This document shows, piece after piece, positions 46,726 to 54,689 of a DNA stretch of 64,000 bases. The stretch spans positions 240,345 through 304,344 of the forward strand of contig CAVPGJ010000001.1 of assembly GCA_963704005.1 (NCBI GenBank), read 5' to 3'. A program made the position numbers and the translations under genes. Origin of the DNA: an uncultured Actinomycetes bacterium (GTDB taxonomy: Bacteria > Actinomycetota > Thermoleophilia > Gaiellales > Gaiellaceae). The notes below the pieces were generated by a model that was given only the letters and a program-made list of their open reading frames with translations, searched no databases and was not told where the DNA came from. The number at the start of each line of letters is the position of its first letter. Position 1 is the stretch's first letter.

Positions 46726-47499
46726 GGCCGCCATTCTCCTGGACGTGGACGGGGTGCTGCACGTGTCCGGCGCACCCGATCCTCGGCGGCGCCAAGGCGA
46801 TCGCCAAGCTGCGCGAGGCCGGCCACCGGCTGCGGTTCGTCACCAACAACACCACCGCACTCGCGGCAGGCGCTGGCCGACGAGATCCGCTCGTTCGGGG
46901 TCGAGCTCGACAACGAGGAGCTGCAGACGACGCCGATCGCCGCCGCACACGCGCTGGCCGGCAAGCGCGTCCTTGCGCTGACGATGCCCGCGATCGTCGA
47001 TGACCTCGAGGGCATCGAGCTGGTCGGCGAGGGCGCGGACGCCGTGCTGCTCGGCGGCGCCGACGAGGGCTTCGAGACCAACCGCGTCTTCAGCTACTAC
47101 AACCTCGCGCGCGCCTTCGCCGAGCTGCAGGAGGGCGCCGAGCTCTACTGCCTGCACAAGAACCGCTGGTGGCAGACCTCGCGCGGCGCCATGCTCGACG
47201 CGGGCGTGTACGTCGCGGGGCTCGAGTACGCGGCCGAGACAGAGGCGACGGTGCTCGGCAAGCCGAGCGCCGCCTACTTCGCCGCTGCGCTGGAGGTTCT
47301 CGACTACGACCCCGGGCAGACCTGGATGGTCGGCGACGACGTCGAGGCCGACATCGGCGGCGCCACTGCGTTCGGCCTGCGTAGCGTCCTCGTCCGCACC
47401 GGCAAGTACCGCGAGGAGGCGCTCGACGAGGCGACGGTCAAGCCCGACGGCGTGATCGACTCGATCGCCGCCCTTCCCGCTTGGCTGGAGGAACACTGA
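46724..47499 (+). pseudogene. HAD-IIA family hydrolase (NagD-like), two apparent +1 frameshifts
   Basis: MAAILLDVDGVLHVSGAP is in phase 2. ILGGAKAIAKLREAGHRLRFVTNNTT is in phase 0. HSRQALADEIRSFGV...GKPS...WMVGDD...GLRSVLVRTGK is in phase 1. Shifts are at ~46775-46779 and ~46854-46858. Confidence 0.8.
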
Positions 47500-47855
47500 G
47501 AGTCGGAGTGGACTTGATCGAGATCGAGCGGATCGCCCGCGCGCTCGAGCGCTACCCGGGCTTCCGCGAGCGCTGCTTCACCGAGAGGGAGCGCGCCTAC
47601 TGCGACTCGAAGCCGAACCCGCCGCAGCACTACGCCGCGCGCTTCGCCGGCAAGGAGGCGGTCGGCAAGGCACTCGGCTCGGGCATGAACTTCAACTGGC
47701 GAGAGGTCGAGATCGCCGGCCGGCCGAAGCCGGGCGTGACGCTGAGCGGGAAGACGAAGGCGTGGGCCGAGCGCGTGGGCGCCGGGGAGATCGACCTCTC
47801 GATGACCCACTCGCGCGAGCTCGCCCAGGCGGTCGCTCTCGTCGCCGATGCTTGA
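47481..47855 (+). CDS. acpS: holo-[acyl-carrier-protein] synthase
   Basis: VGVDLIEIERI...ERAYC......AARFAGKEAVGKALG.... Confidence 0.85.
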   Translation: MAGGTLRVGVDLIEIERIARALERYPGFRERCFTERERAYCDSKPNPPQHYAARFAGKEAVGKALGSGMNFNWREVEIAGRPKPGVTLSGKTKAWAERVGAGEIDLSMTHSRELAQAVALVADA

Positions 47856-49206
47856 ACCGCTCTACACCGCCGAGGAGATGAAGCAGGCCGAGGCGGGCCA
47901 CGACGTCGACGAGCTGATGGCCCGCGCGGGCCGGGTCGTGGCCGAGGAGGCGATGCGGCGCTTCCCGGAGGCGCGGCGCTTCGTCGCCATCTGCGGCGGT
48001 GGCGCGAACGGGGGCGACGGGCGGATCGCGGTCGACGTGATCGCCGCGGCGGGCCGCGAGGCGGTCGTGAGCGACGACGTCGAGGGCGCCGACGTGATCC
48101 TCGACGCGCTCTTCGGCACGGGCTTCCACGGCGAGCCGCGTGAGGACGCCGCGCGCAAGATCGACGCGATCAACGCGGCCCGGGCGCCGGTGGTCTCGGT
48201 CGACCTGCCCTCCGGCGTGGACGCCTCGACCGGCGAGGTCGCCGGAGCCTGCGTCGACGCGACCGTCACGGTGACGATGCACGGGCGCAAGGTCGGGCTC
48301 GAGGTCGCGCCGGGCCGCTTCCATGCGGGCGAGGTGGTCGTGGCCGACATCGGGCTCGAGCCCGCCGCAACCGAGCACCGGCTGGTCACGGCCGAGATCC
48401 TCGCGCAGGTGCCGCGCAAGCGCGCCGACCAGAACAAGTACTCGGCCGGGACGGTGCTGGTCGTCGGCGGCTCGCGCGGGCTGACCGGCGCGCCGAGCCT
48501 CGCCGCCGAGGCGGCCTTCCGCGCCGACGCGGGCTACGTCGCGGTCGCAGTGCCGGCCTCGACCCTGCCCGTGCTCGAGCAGCGCCTGCTCGAGGCGGTC
48601 AAGCTGGCCTGCCCCGAGGACGAGGGCCGCATCTCGCCGCGCGCGGTCGAGCCGATCGCCGAGTTCGCTCAGAAGGCCGGCGCGGTCGCGCTCGGGCCGG
48701 GGCTCGGGCGGGGCGAAGGCCCGCACGAGGTGGTCGCGCGGCTCCTTCACGAGCTCGACGTGCCGGCGGTCGTCGACGCCGACGGGCTCTTCGGCCTCGA
48801 GGTGTTCGAGCGCTCCGGCGAAACGGTGCTGACACCGCACGAGGGCGAGCTCGCGCGCCTGCTCGGCGAGGAGTCGAGCTGGGTCGCGGCGCACCGGCTC
48901 GAGGCCGCTCGCCGAGCGACGGAGCGCTTCGGGTGCGTCTGCCTGCTGAAGGGCGCCGACACGCTGGTCGCCGCGCCCGGCGAGGGCGTCTGGGTCTGCT
49001 CGCTCGGCACGCCGGCGCTCGCTACTGCGGGGAGCGGCGACGTCCTGACCGGGATCGTGGCCGCCTTCCTGGCGAAGGGGCTCGAGGCCCGCCTCGCGGC
49101 CGCGGCGGCAGCCATCGCCCACCAGCTCGCCTCGCGAGAGGTCCCGCAGGCCGGCGCCGTCGCGAGCGACCTGATCGGCGCGCTCCCGCTCGTGCTCGAC
49201 CGCTGA
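47848..49206 (+). CDS. nnr: bifunctional NAD(P)H-hydrate repair enzyme Nnr (epimerase/dehydratase)
   Basis: The YjeF_N part has ICGGGANGGDG. The C-terminal carbohydrate-kinase part has KYSAGTVLVVGGS..GAP...TPHEGE...LKGADT...GSGDVLTG. Confidence 0.88.
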   Translation: MLEPLYTAEEMKQAEAGHDVDELMARAGRVVAEEAMRRFPEARRFVAICGGGANGGDGRIAVDVIAAAGREAVVSDDVEGADVILDALFGTGFHGEPREDAARKIDAINAARAPVVSVDLPSGVDASTGEVAGACVDATVTVTMHGRKVGLEVAPGRFHAGEVVVADIGLEPAATEHRLVTAEILAQVPRKRADQNKYSAGTVLVVGGSRGLTGAPSLAAEAAFRADAGYVAVAVPASTLPVLEQRLLEAVKLACPEDEGRISPRAVEPIAEFAQKAGAVALGPGLGRGEGPHEVVARLLHELDVPAVVDADGLFGLEVFERSGETVLTPHEGELARLLGEESSWVAAHRLEAARRATERFGCVCLLKGADTLVAAPGEGVWVCSLGTPALATAGSGDVLTGIVAAFLAKGLEARLAAAAAAIAHQLASREVPQAGAVASDLIGALPLVLDR

Positions 49207-49209
49207 GCC

Positions 49210-49251
49210 GGTTCAGTCCATTCGAACCGATTGGTTCAGTTCCGTCGAACC
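49210..49251. promoter_or_regulatory. two tandem GGTTC-N9-GAACC palindromic boxes upstream of the ATPase gene
   Basis: GGTTCAGTCCATTCGAACC (49210-49228) and GGTTCAGTTCCGTCGAACC (49233-49251), 23 bp centre to centre, abutting the -10 element. Confidence 0.35.
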
Positions 49252-49253
49252 AG

Positions 49254-49264
49254 CTTGCTAGCGT
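49254..49264 (+). promoter_or_regulatory. candidate -10 region (CTTGCTAGCGT) for a leaderless ATPase-gene transcript
   Basis: Same 11-mer as 26233-26243. TAGCGT ends 6 nt before GTG 49271. Confidence 0.35.
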
Positions 49265-49270
49265 GAGGAC

Positions 49271-50413
49271 GTGGCCGACGTCAATCCCTTCGTCTACTCG
49301 CGACCGGTGGCGCCCGAGGACGTGCTCGACCGCGAGCCGGAGATCCGCCAGCTGCTCTCGCTGGCCGGCGGCGGGCACTACGTCCGCCTCTACGCGCCCC
49401 GGCGCTTCGGCAAGACGAGCCTCCTGCGCAAGGCGCTCGCCGAGGCCGCGCGCGGCGGCGAGCTCGTGCCCGTGCTCGTCGACCTCTACGGCGTGCTCAG
49501 CTTCGCCGACGTCACCATCCGGATCGAGCGGGCCTACGCGCACCTGCACGGCCCGATCCGCAAGACGATCGAGAGCATCCTGCGCACGACCGGGCTCGGG
49601 CTCTCGCTGGGCGCGCCGGGGATCTCGGTCAGGCTCCAGCTCGAGCCGCGGACCGACCCGCTGCCCGCGCTCCACGCGCTGCTCGACCTGCCGGAGCGCG
49701 TCGCCGAGCGCAGCGGCTCGCGTGTTCTCGTCGCGCTCGACGAGTTCCAGGACATCGTCAAGGTCGGCGACTTCGACAAGCTCCTCCGCAGCCACATCCA
49801 GCACCAGGGCGAGGTCGCCTCGTACATCTTCTGCGGCTCCGAGCCGGGGATGATGCGCGAGCTGTTCGACGTGAAGGGACGACCGCTCTACGGCCAGGCC
49901 GAGCCACTGCGGCTCGGCCGCCTTCCCGACGACGAGATCGCGGCCTACATCGCCGAGCGCTTCGCGCGCACCAGGCGCGGGGCCGACCGCGTCCTCGACG
50001 CGCTGCTCGCGACCGCAAGGGGGCATCCTCAGCGGGCGATGCTGCTGGCGCACCGGCTCTGGGACGAGGTCGCCCGCGGCAAGGCCGCGGACGAGGACGA
50101 CTGGCAGGCGGCGCTCGCGCGGACGCAGAACCAGGTCGCCGCCGAGTTCGACGCTCTCTGGCGCGGGCTGGAGGCCAACGAGCAGCGGGCCCTGCGGGCG
50201 GTCGCGCTCTTCCCCGACGCGCCCTACGGCGCCCGCGCTCTCGGCGCCGTCGACCTGAAGAAGTCGGGAGCGCACTACGCCGTGCGCTCGCTGCTGGCGA
50301 AGGGCGAGCTCGAGGAGGAGAACGGACGCACGGTCTTCGTCGACCCGCTCTTCGAGCTCTGGCTCCGCGACGTCCAGCAGGGCGGCGCGGGAGGCGAGGA
50401 TGCACCGGTCTGA
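49271..50413 (+). CDS. AAA-type ATP-binding protein (archaeal-ATPase / DUF234-like)
   Basis: Walker A APRRFGKTSLL and Walker B VLVALDEFQDI, with a C-terminal wHTH-like region. It is inserted between nnr and alr. Confidence 0.65.
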   Translation: MADVNPFVYSRPVAPEDVLDREPEIRQLLSLAGGGHYVRLYAPRRFGKTSLLRKALAEAARGGELVPVLVDLYGVLSFADVTIRIERAYAHLHGPIRKTIESILRTTGLGLSLGAPGISVRLQLEPRTDPLPALHALLDLPERVAERSGSRVLVALDEFQDIVKVGDFDKLLRSHIQHQGEVASYIFCGSEPGMMRELFDVKGRPLYGQAEPLRLGRLPDDEIAAYIAERFARTRRGADRVLDALLATARGHPQRAMLLAHRLWDEVARGKAADEDDWQAALARTQNQVAAEFDALWRGLEANEQRALRAVALFPDAPYGARALGAVDLKKSGAHYAVRSLLAKGELEEENGRTVFVDPLFELWLRDVQQGGAGGEDAPV

Positions 50414-51422
50414 GCTGACCGTCGACCTCGGCGCGATCCGGCGCAACGCGCGGACGCTGCTGCGCGTGCTCGACGGCTCGCAGCTCTGGGCGGTCGTCAA
50501 GGCGAACGCCTACGGCCACGGCGCGGTCGACGTCGCCGGCGCGGTCGTCGACGAGGGCGCCGGTGCGCTCTGCGTGGCCACCGTCGCCGAGGGGCTCGAG
50601 CTGCGCCTCGAGTTCCCGCTCGTCCGGATCCTCGTGATGGGGCCGACCGGCTCGAGCCGCGAGGTCGCCGAGGCACGGGAGGCCAAGCTCGAGCTCGCGG
50701 TGTGGGACGAGGAGCTTCCGGAGGGCGTTCGCGTCCACCTGAAGCTCGACACCGGTATGGGCCGCTGGGGGCTTTCCGAGCTGCCGACGCTCTCGGCCGA
50801 GGTCGTCGGCCTGATGACGCACCTGGCGACCGCCGACAGCGACCCGGCCTTCGCCGAGCAGCAGGTCGAGCGCTTCCGCGAGGCGACCGCGCCCTACTCC
50901 GACCTGATGCGCCACGCGGCCAACAGCGCCGCCGCGCTGCGGCTCCCCTCGTCGCACTTCGATGCCGCCCGCTGCGGGGTCGCGCTCTACGGCCTCTCGC
51001 CCTTCGGCGAGGATCCGGCCGTGGACGGGCTCGAGCCGGCGCTCTCCTGGCACAGCTACCTCGCGCAGGTGAAGCTGCTGCAGCCGGGCGAGAGCACGGG
51101 CTACGGGCGCCGCTTCGTCGCCGAGCGGCCGACCTGGATCGGGCTCGTGCCGGTCGGCTACGGCGACGGCTTCCGGCGCGACCTGACCGGGACGGAGGTG
51201 CGCGTCGGCGGCGAGCTTCGCCCGGTCGTCGGGACGGTCTCGATGGACGCCTTCGCGGTCGAGCTCGAGCACGAGGAGCCGGTCGGCGCGCCCGTGACGA
51301 TCCTCGGGCAGGGCGTCCTCGCCGAGTCGCACGCCGCCGTCGCGGGGACGATCAACTACGAGCTGCTGACCGGCGTCGTCTCCGACCCGCGGCGCGCGCG
51401 GCGGATGGTCGTCGATGCTTGA
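50400..51422 (+). CDS. alr: alanine racemase
   Basis: The PLP-Lys motif AVVKANAYGHG, ...HLKLDTGMGRWG..., and VGYGDG. Confidence 0.9.
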   Translation: MHRSELTVDLGAIRRNARTLLRVLDGSQLWAVVKANAYGHGAVDVAGAVVDEGAGALCVATVAEGLELRLEFPLVRILVMGPTGSSREVAEAREAKLELAVWDEELPEGVRVHLKLDTGMGRWGLSELPTLSAEVVGLMTHLATADSDPAFAEQQVERFREATAPYSDLMRHAANSAAALRLPSSHFDAARCGVALYGLSPFGEDPAVDGLEPALSWHSYLAQVKLLQPGESTGYGRRFVAERPTWIGLVPVGYGDGFRRDLTGTEVRVGGELRPVVGTVSMDAFAVELEHEEPVGAPVTILGQGVLAESHAAVAGTINYELLTGVVSDPRRARRMVVDA

Positions 51423-52452
51423 GACGCGCGCGGGAGGTGCTGGCGGGCGAGGAGGCGTGGGTCGTCGGCGGCGCCGTCCGCGACGAGCTGCTCGGCCGCG
51501 AGCTGGTCGACCTCGACATCGCCGTGCGCGACCCGGCCGGCGCGGCGCGGGCCTACGCGAAGCGCTCGGGCGGCGCGCCCTTCCCGCTCTCGGAGCGCTT
51601 CGGCGCCTGGCGGGTCGCGCTCGAGGACGGCCGCACCGTCGACTTCACGCCGCTCACAGAGCCGGTCGAGGACGACCTGGCCACGCGCGACTTCACGATC
51701 AACGCGATCGCCGCGCCCGCTGGCCGGCGGCGACGCCGTCGATCCGTTCGGCGGCGAGGAGGATCTCGCGCGCCGGCCGCCTGCGCGCCGTGCGCGAGTC
51801 GGTCTTCGACGACGACCCGCTGCGGCTGCTGCGCGCGGTCCGGCTCGAGGACGAGCTCGACTTCCGGCTCGACGAAGAGACCGAGCGCCTGGTGCGCGAG
51901 CATGCCGCCCTCGTCACGCGGCCGGCGGGCGAGCGGATCCTCGCCGAGCTGCGCCGGCTCTCGGCCGGCGGCTACCGGCGGCTCGACGAGCTCGGGCTGC
52001 TGGAGCCGCTCGGCGGGTCGATCGACCGACCGGCTCGACCGCGTCGACTCGCCCGACTACCGGCTCGTCGCCGTCGTTCGGCGACAACCTGCGCCGGCTG
52101 CCGGTCTCGAACGAGCTGCGCCGCTACGCGCGGGTGCTGCTGCGCGCCGAGCGCGCCGGAAGGCGACGCGCGCTCGATCCACCGCTTCCGCCGCGCGACC
52201 GAGCCGTGGGCGCTCGACGCGCTCGCCTTCCTCGGCGCCGGCGAGCTGGCTGGAGCGGTCGAGGAGGCGCGCCGCGCCGACCCGGCAGAGCCGCTCGTCC
52301 GCGGCGACGAGCTCGGCCTGCCGCCCGGCCCGGAGATCGGCCGCCTGCTGGACGAGATCGCCGAAGAGCGGGCGGCGGGTACGATCGCCACCAAAGAGGA
52401 GGCGCTCGACTATGCACGACGCAACGCGCGAGCGGTTCGGCAGGACGGCTGA
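51419..52452 (+). pseudogene. cca: CCA tRNA nucleotidyltransferase / poly(A) polymerase family, five apparent +1 frameshifts
   Basis: TTG 51419 (TTGA overlap with alr). Segments: ..AWVVGGAVRDELLGRELVDLDIAV..RDFTINAIAAP (phase 2); LAGGDAVDPFGGEEDLAR (0); GRLRAVRESVFDDDPLRLLRAVRLE...LGLLEPLGGS (1); DRLDRVDSPDYRLVAV (2); FGDNLRRLPVSNELRRYARVLLRAER (0); PEGDARSIHRFRRATEPW...GPEIGRLLDEI (1). Shifts are at ~51719, ~51772, ~52026, ~52076 and ~52155. Confidence 0.8.
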
Positions 52453-53115
52453 GCGGATAGCAGAGCATCAGGACGCACAGGCGGCCGAGCTCGAACCCCG
52501 GATCGTCCGCTTCGTGGCCCCCACGGGCGACGAGCGCGCGCTCGACTCCGGCACCGGCACGGGCGCGCTCGCCTTCGCGCTCGCGCCGCACGTTCGCGAG
52601 GTGGTCGGCGTCGACCTCGTCCCCGAGCTGCTGGAGCAGGCGCGGAAGCGGGTCGGGCAGGTCCCGAACGTCACGCTTCGCCGAGGGCGATGCGACCGCG
52701 CTTCCGTTCGGCTACGGCGAGTTCGACCTGGCCGGAACGCTGCGCACGCTTCCACCACCTCGCGCGGCCGGAGCTGGCGATGGCCGAGCTGGTGCGCGTC
52801 ACCCGCGCGGGCGGGCGGCTGCTCGTGATCGACCAGATCGCGCCGGTCGACCCGGCCGCCGCCGCCGAGCTGAACCGCTTCGAGCAGGCCCGCGACCCCA
52901 CGCACACGAGGACGCTCGCCGACGTCGACCTGCGCGGCCTGTTCGAGTCGAACGGTCTCGTCCTCCTGCGCGCCGAGTACGAGCGCGAGCCGCGCGAGCT
53001 CGACCCGTACCTCGACCTCGCCGGCTGCGAGGGCGAGGCCCGCGAGCGCGCGAAGACGCTCGCCCCGCGCGGCTACACCGCCGACATCGGCTGGTACCTG
53101 CTCGAGAAGCGCTAG
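52412..53115 (+). pseudogene. class I SAM-dependent methyltransferase, two apparent +1 frameshifts
   Basis: MHDATRERFG...ALDSGTGTGALAFAL..VVGVDLVPELLEQAR..NVTL is in phase 2. AEGDATALPFGYGEFDLAGTLRT is in phase 0. FHHLARPELAMAELVRVTRAGGRLLVID... is in phase 1 (ORF 52690..53115). Shifts are at ~52676-52680 and ~52746-52750. Confidence 0.75.
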
Positions 53116-53330
53116 CCGGCGAGAGCGGCGCGCACTTCGCCGTCCTCAGGGAAGCGCCCGGTCTCCGCCTTCGAGAAGACGAGCCTACCGTCGGCGAGCA
53201 CGTCGTACTGGCCCTTGCTGCCCGGGATCGCCTCGGCGTCGTGCCCCTCGTTCCCCAGCTCGGCCGCGAGACTCGCGGCCCGTGTGTCGTAGCCGCTTCA
53301 GGTGGGGCAGTAGAAGATCTCGACGCGCAT
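53112..53330 (-). CDS. Rdx (SelW/SelT/SelH-like) family redox protein with in-frame TGA in a CxxU motif; candidate selenoprotein
   Basis: Own translation: MRVEIFYCPT-[TGA 53298-53300]-SGYDTRAASLAAELGNEGHDAEAIPGSKGQYDVLADGRLVFSKAETGRFPEDGEVRAALAG*. Family-typical blocks lie on both sides of the TGA. About 90% of codons after the TGA are GC3-ending. It is not in the ORF track. Confidence 0.65.
53262..53280 (-). other. SECIS-like stem-loop (GGCCGCGA-GUC-UCGCGGCC) downstream of the in-frame UGA
   Basis: The 8-bp GC stem starts 18 nt after the UGA. The apical loop begins with G. The position is within the range described for bacterial SECIS elements. Confidence 0.4.
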
Positions 53331-53336
53331 CGGCAC

Positions 53337-53753
53337 TCAGACCTCGAGGGGCGTGCCTCGGAGAGACGAGAACGCATCGAGCAGCGCCTGGCGCTCGGCC
53401 TCGTTGGTGGTGAACGACCGCTCCAGCCGCCGCTCGCCCTCGGGCGTCAGGCGCAGGAACGCGACCCGCCCGTCGTCGGGAGAGCGCTCGCGCTGGAGGA
53501 GGCCGACCTCCTCGGCCCGGCGGACGAGCTCCGTGACCGTCGACTGCGCGAGCTGCAGGCGCTCGGCGAGCTCCGTCACCGTCGACTTGCCGCTCTTGTC
53601 CTCGGCGCCCTTGATCATCAGGAGCAGCACGTAGCGCTGCGGCGTCAGGCCGGCGGCGCGGGCATTGCGCTCGGTGGTGCGCAGGAAGCGCCGCAGCGCG
53701 GCCCGGAACTCGGCGACGCGGGCGACCTCCTCGGTGCTGAGCCGGTCGGCCAT
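53337..53753 (-). CDS. MarR family transcriptional regulator
   Basis: ATG 53751-53753 inside the chimeric ORF 53337..58085. ...TVTELAERLQLAQSTVTELVRRAEEVGLLQRERSPDDGRVAFLRLTPEG (wHTH). Confidence 0.85.
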   Translation of the reverse strand: MADRLSTEEVARVAEFRAALRRFLRTTERNARAAGLTPQRYVLLLMIKGAEDKSGKSTVTELAERLQLAQSTVTELVRRAEEVGLLQRERSPDDGRVAFLRLTPEGERRLERSFTTNEAERQALLDAFSSLRGTPLEV

Positions 53754-53763
53754 GGCTCGATTG

Positions 53764-53929
53764 TAGTGCCCAGTCCAGCAATACATGCCGGCCTCTGGCC
53801 CGCGATCACGCGGCGCCAGAGCCCACCCTTGCCCTTGGCAAGGCAGACCAGCCTTGCTGCGGGCAAGTGCGAACTCTGGCTTGGAGCTCGCGACCCAGAG
53901 ACTCGGCGGCATTACTGGACTGGGCACTA
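53764..53929. repeat. 166-bp nested palindromic element (terminal 19-bp inverted repeats enclosing four hairpins)
   Basis: Terminal repeats are TAGTGCCCAGTCCAGCAAT (53764-53782) and ATTACTGGACTGGGCACTA (53911-53929), matching 18/19. Internal hairpins lie at 53793-53821, 53827-53843, 53851-53870 and 53874-53900. The left and right halves are imperfect inverted copies. Confidence 0.45.
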
Positions 53930-54689
53930 GTCCCCCGAGGGACGGACTCCTCGCGCGCCGGCCCAGGCGACCAGCCCGGGGACGATCGCCTGCGCCAGCG
54001 GAGCGATCCGGTAGAAGCGCGGGACGACCACCTCGCGGCGGTCGTGCTCGACCGCGGCGACGATCCGCTCGGCGATCAGCTCGGGCTCGGCGATCAGCGT
54101 GCGGAGGAAGCGGTTCGAGAAGCGCGAGCGCTGCGGGAACCCCGGCGTCTCCACGAATCCCGGGCAGGACGGTGTGCACGCGGATCCCGAGCGGCTGCAG
54201 CTCGGCCCGGGTCGCGCGCGAGAACGCGAGCTGCGCGTGCTTCGAGGCGGTGTACGGCCCGGCCGAGCCCGAGGCGACGGTGCCGGCGACCGAGACGACG
54301 TTGACGACGTCCGATGGCGCCGCCGCCCGGAGCAGCGGCAGGAAGGCACGCAGGCACCAGACAGAGCCGAGGTAGTTCGTCCGCGTCACCTGCTCGATCG
54401 TCTCGGGTGATGCGCGCAGGAAGCCGCCGCGGCCGGGGATCCCAGCGTTGTTGACGAGCAGGGCGAGCTTCGGGTGGCGCTCCGCGATCGCGGCGGCCGC
54501 CCGCTCGACCGCCTCGCGGTCGCCGACGTCGCAGCGCTCCCACTCCGCGCCGAGCGGCTCCGCGGCCGAGCGCAGGCGCTCCTCGTCGCGGCCGACGAGC
54601 ACGCAGCTCCAGCCCCGTTCGACGAGCTTCCGGGCGGTGGCGGCCCCGATCCCGCTCGAGCCGCCCGTAATGACCGCTATCTGTGACAC
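53927..54689 (-). pseudogene. SDR family oxidoreductase, apparent +1 frameshift at ~54155-54161
   Basis: GTG 54687-54689. VITGGSSGIGAATA...NNAG...YTASKHAQLAFS...IRVHTVLPG is in one frame. FVETPGFPQRSRF...RIVAAVEHDRREVVVP is in the next (ORF 53927..54349). Confidence 0.8.

Noticed and set aside
49218-49262. LexA/Cheo SOS box (GAAC-N4-GTTC) in the region upstream of the ATPase gene
   Set aside because: The GAAC...GTTC pairs present are spaced by 6 nt (cgaaccgattggttc). The TCGAAC-cagc-TTGCTA candidate has a poor right half. Neither fits the N4 consensus.
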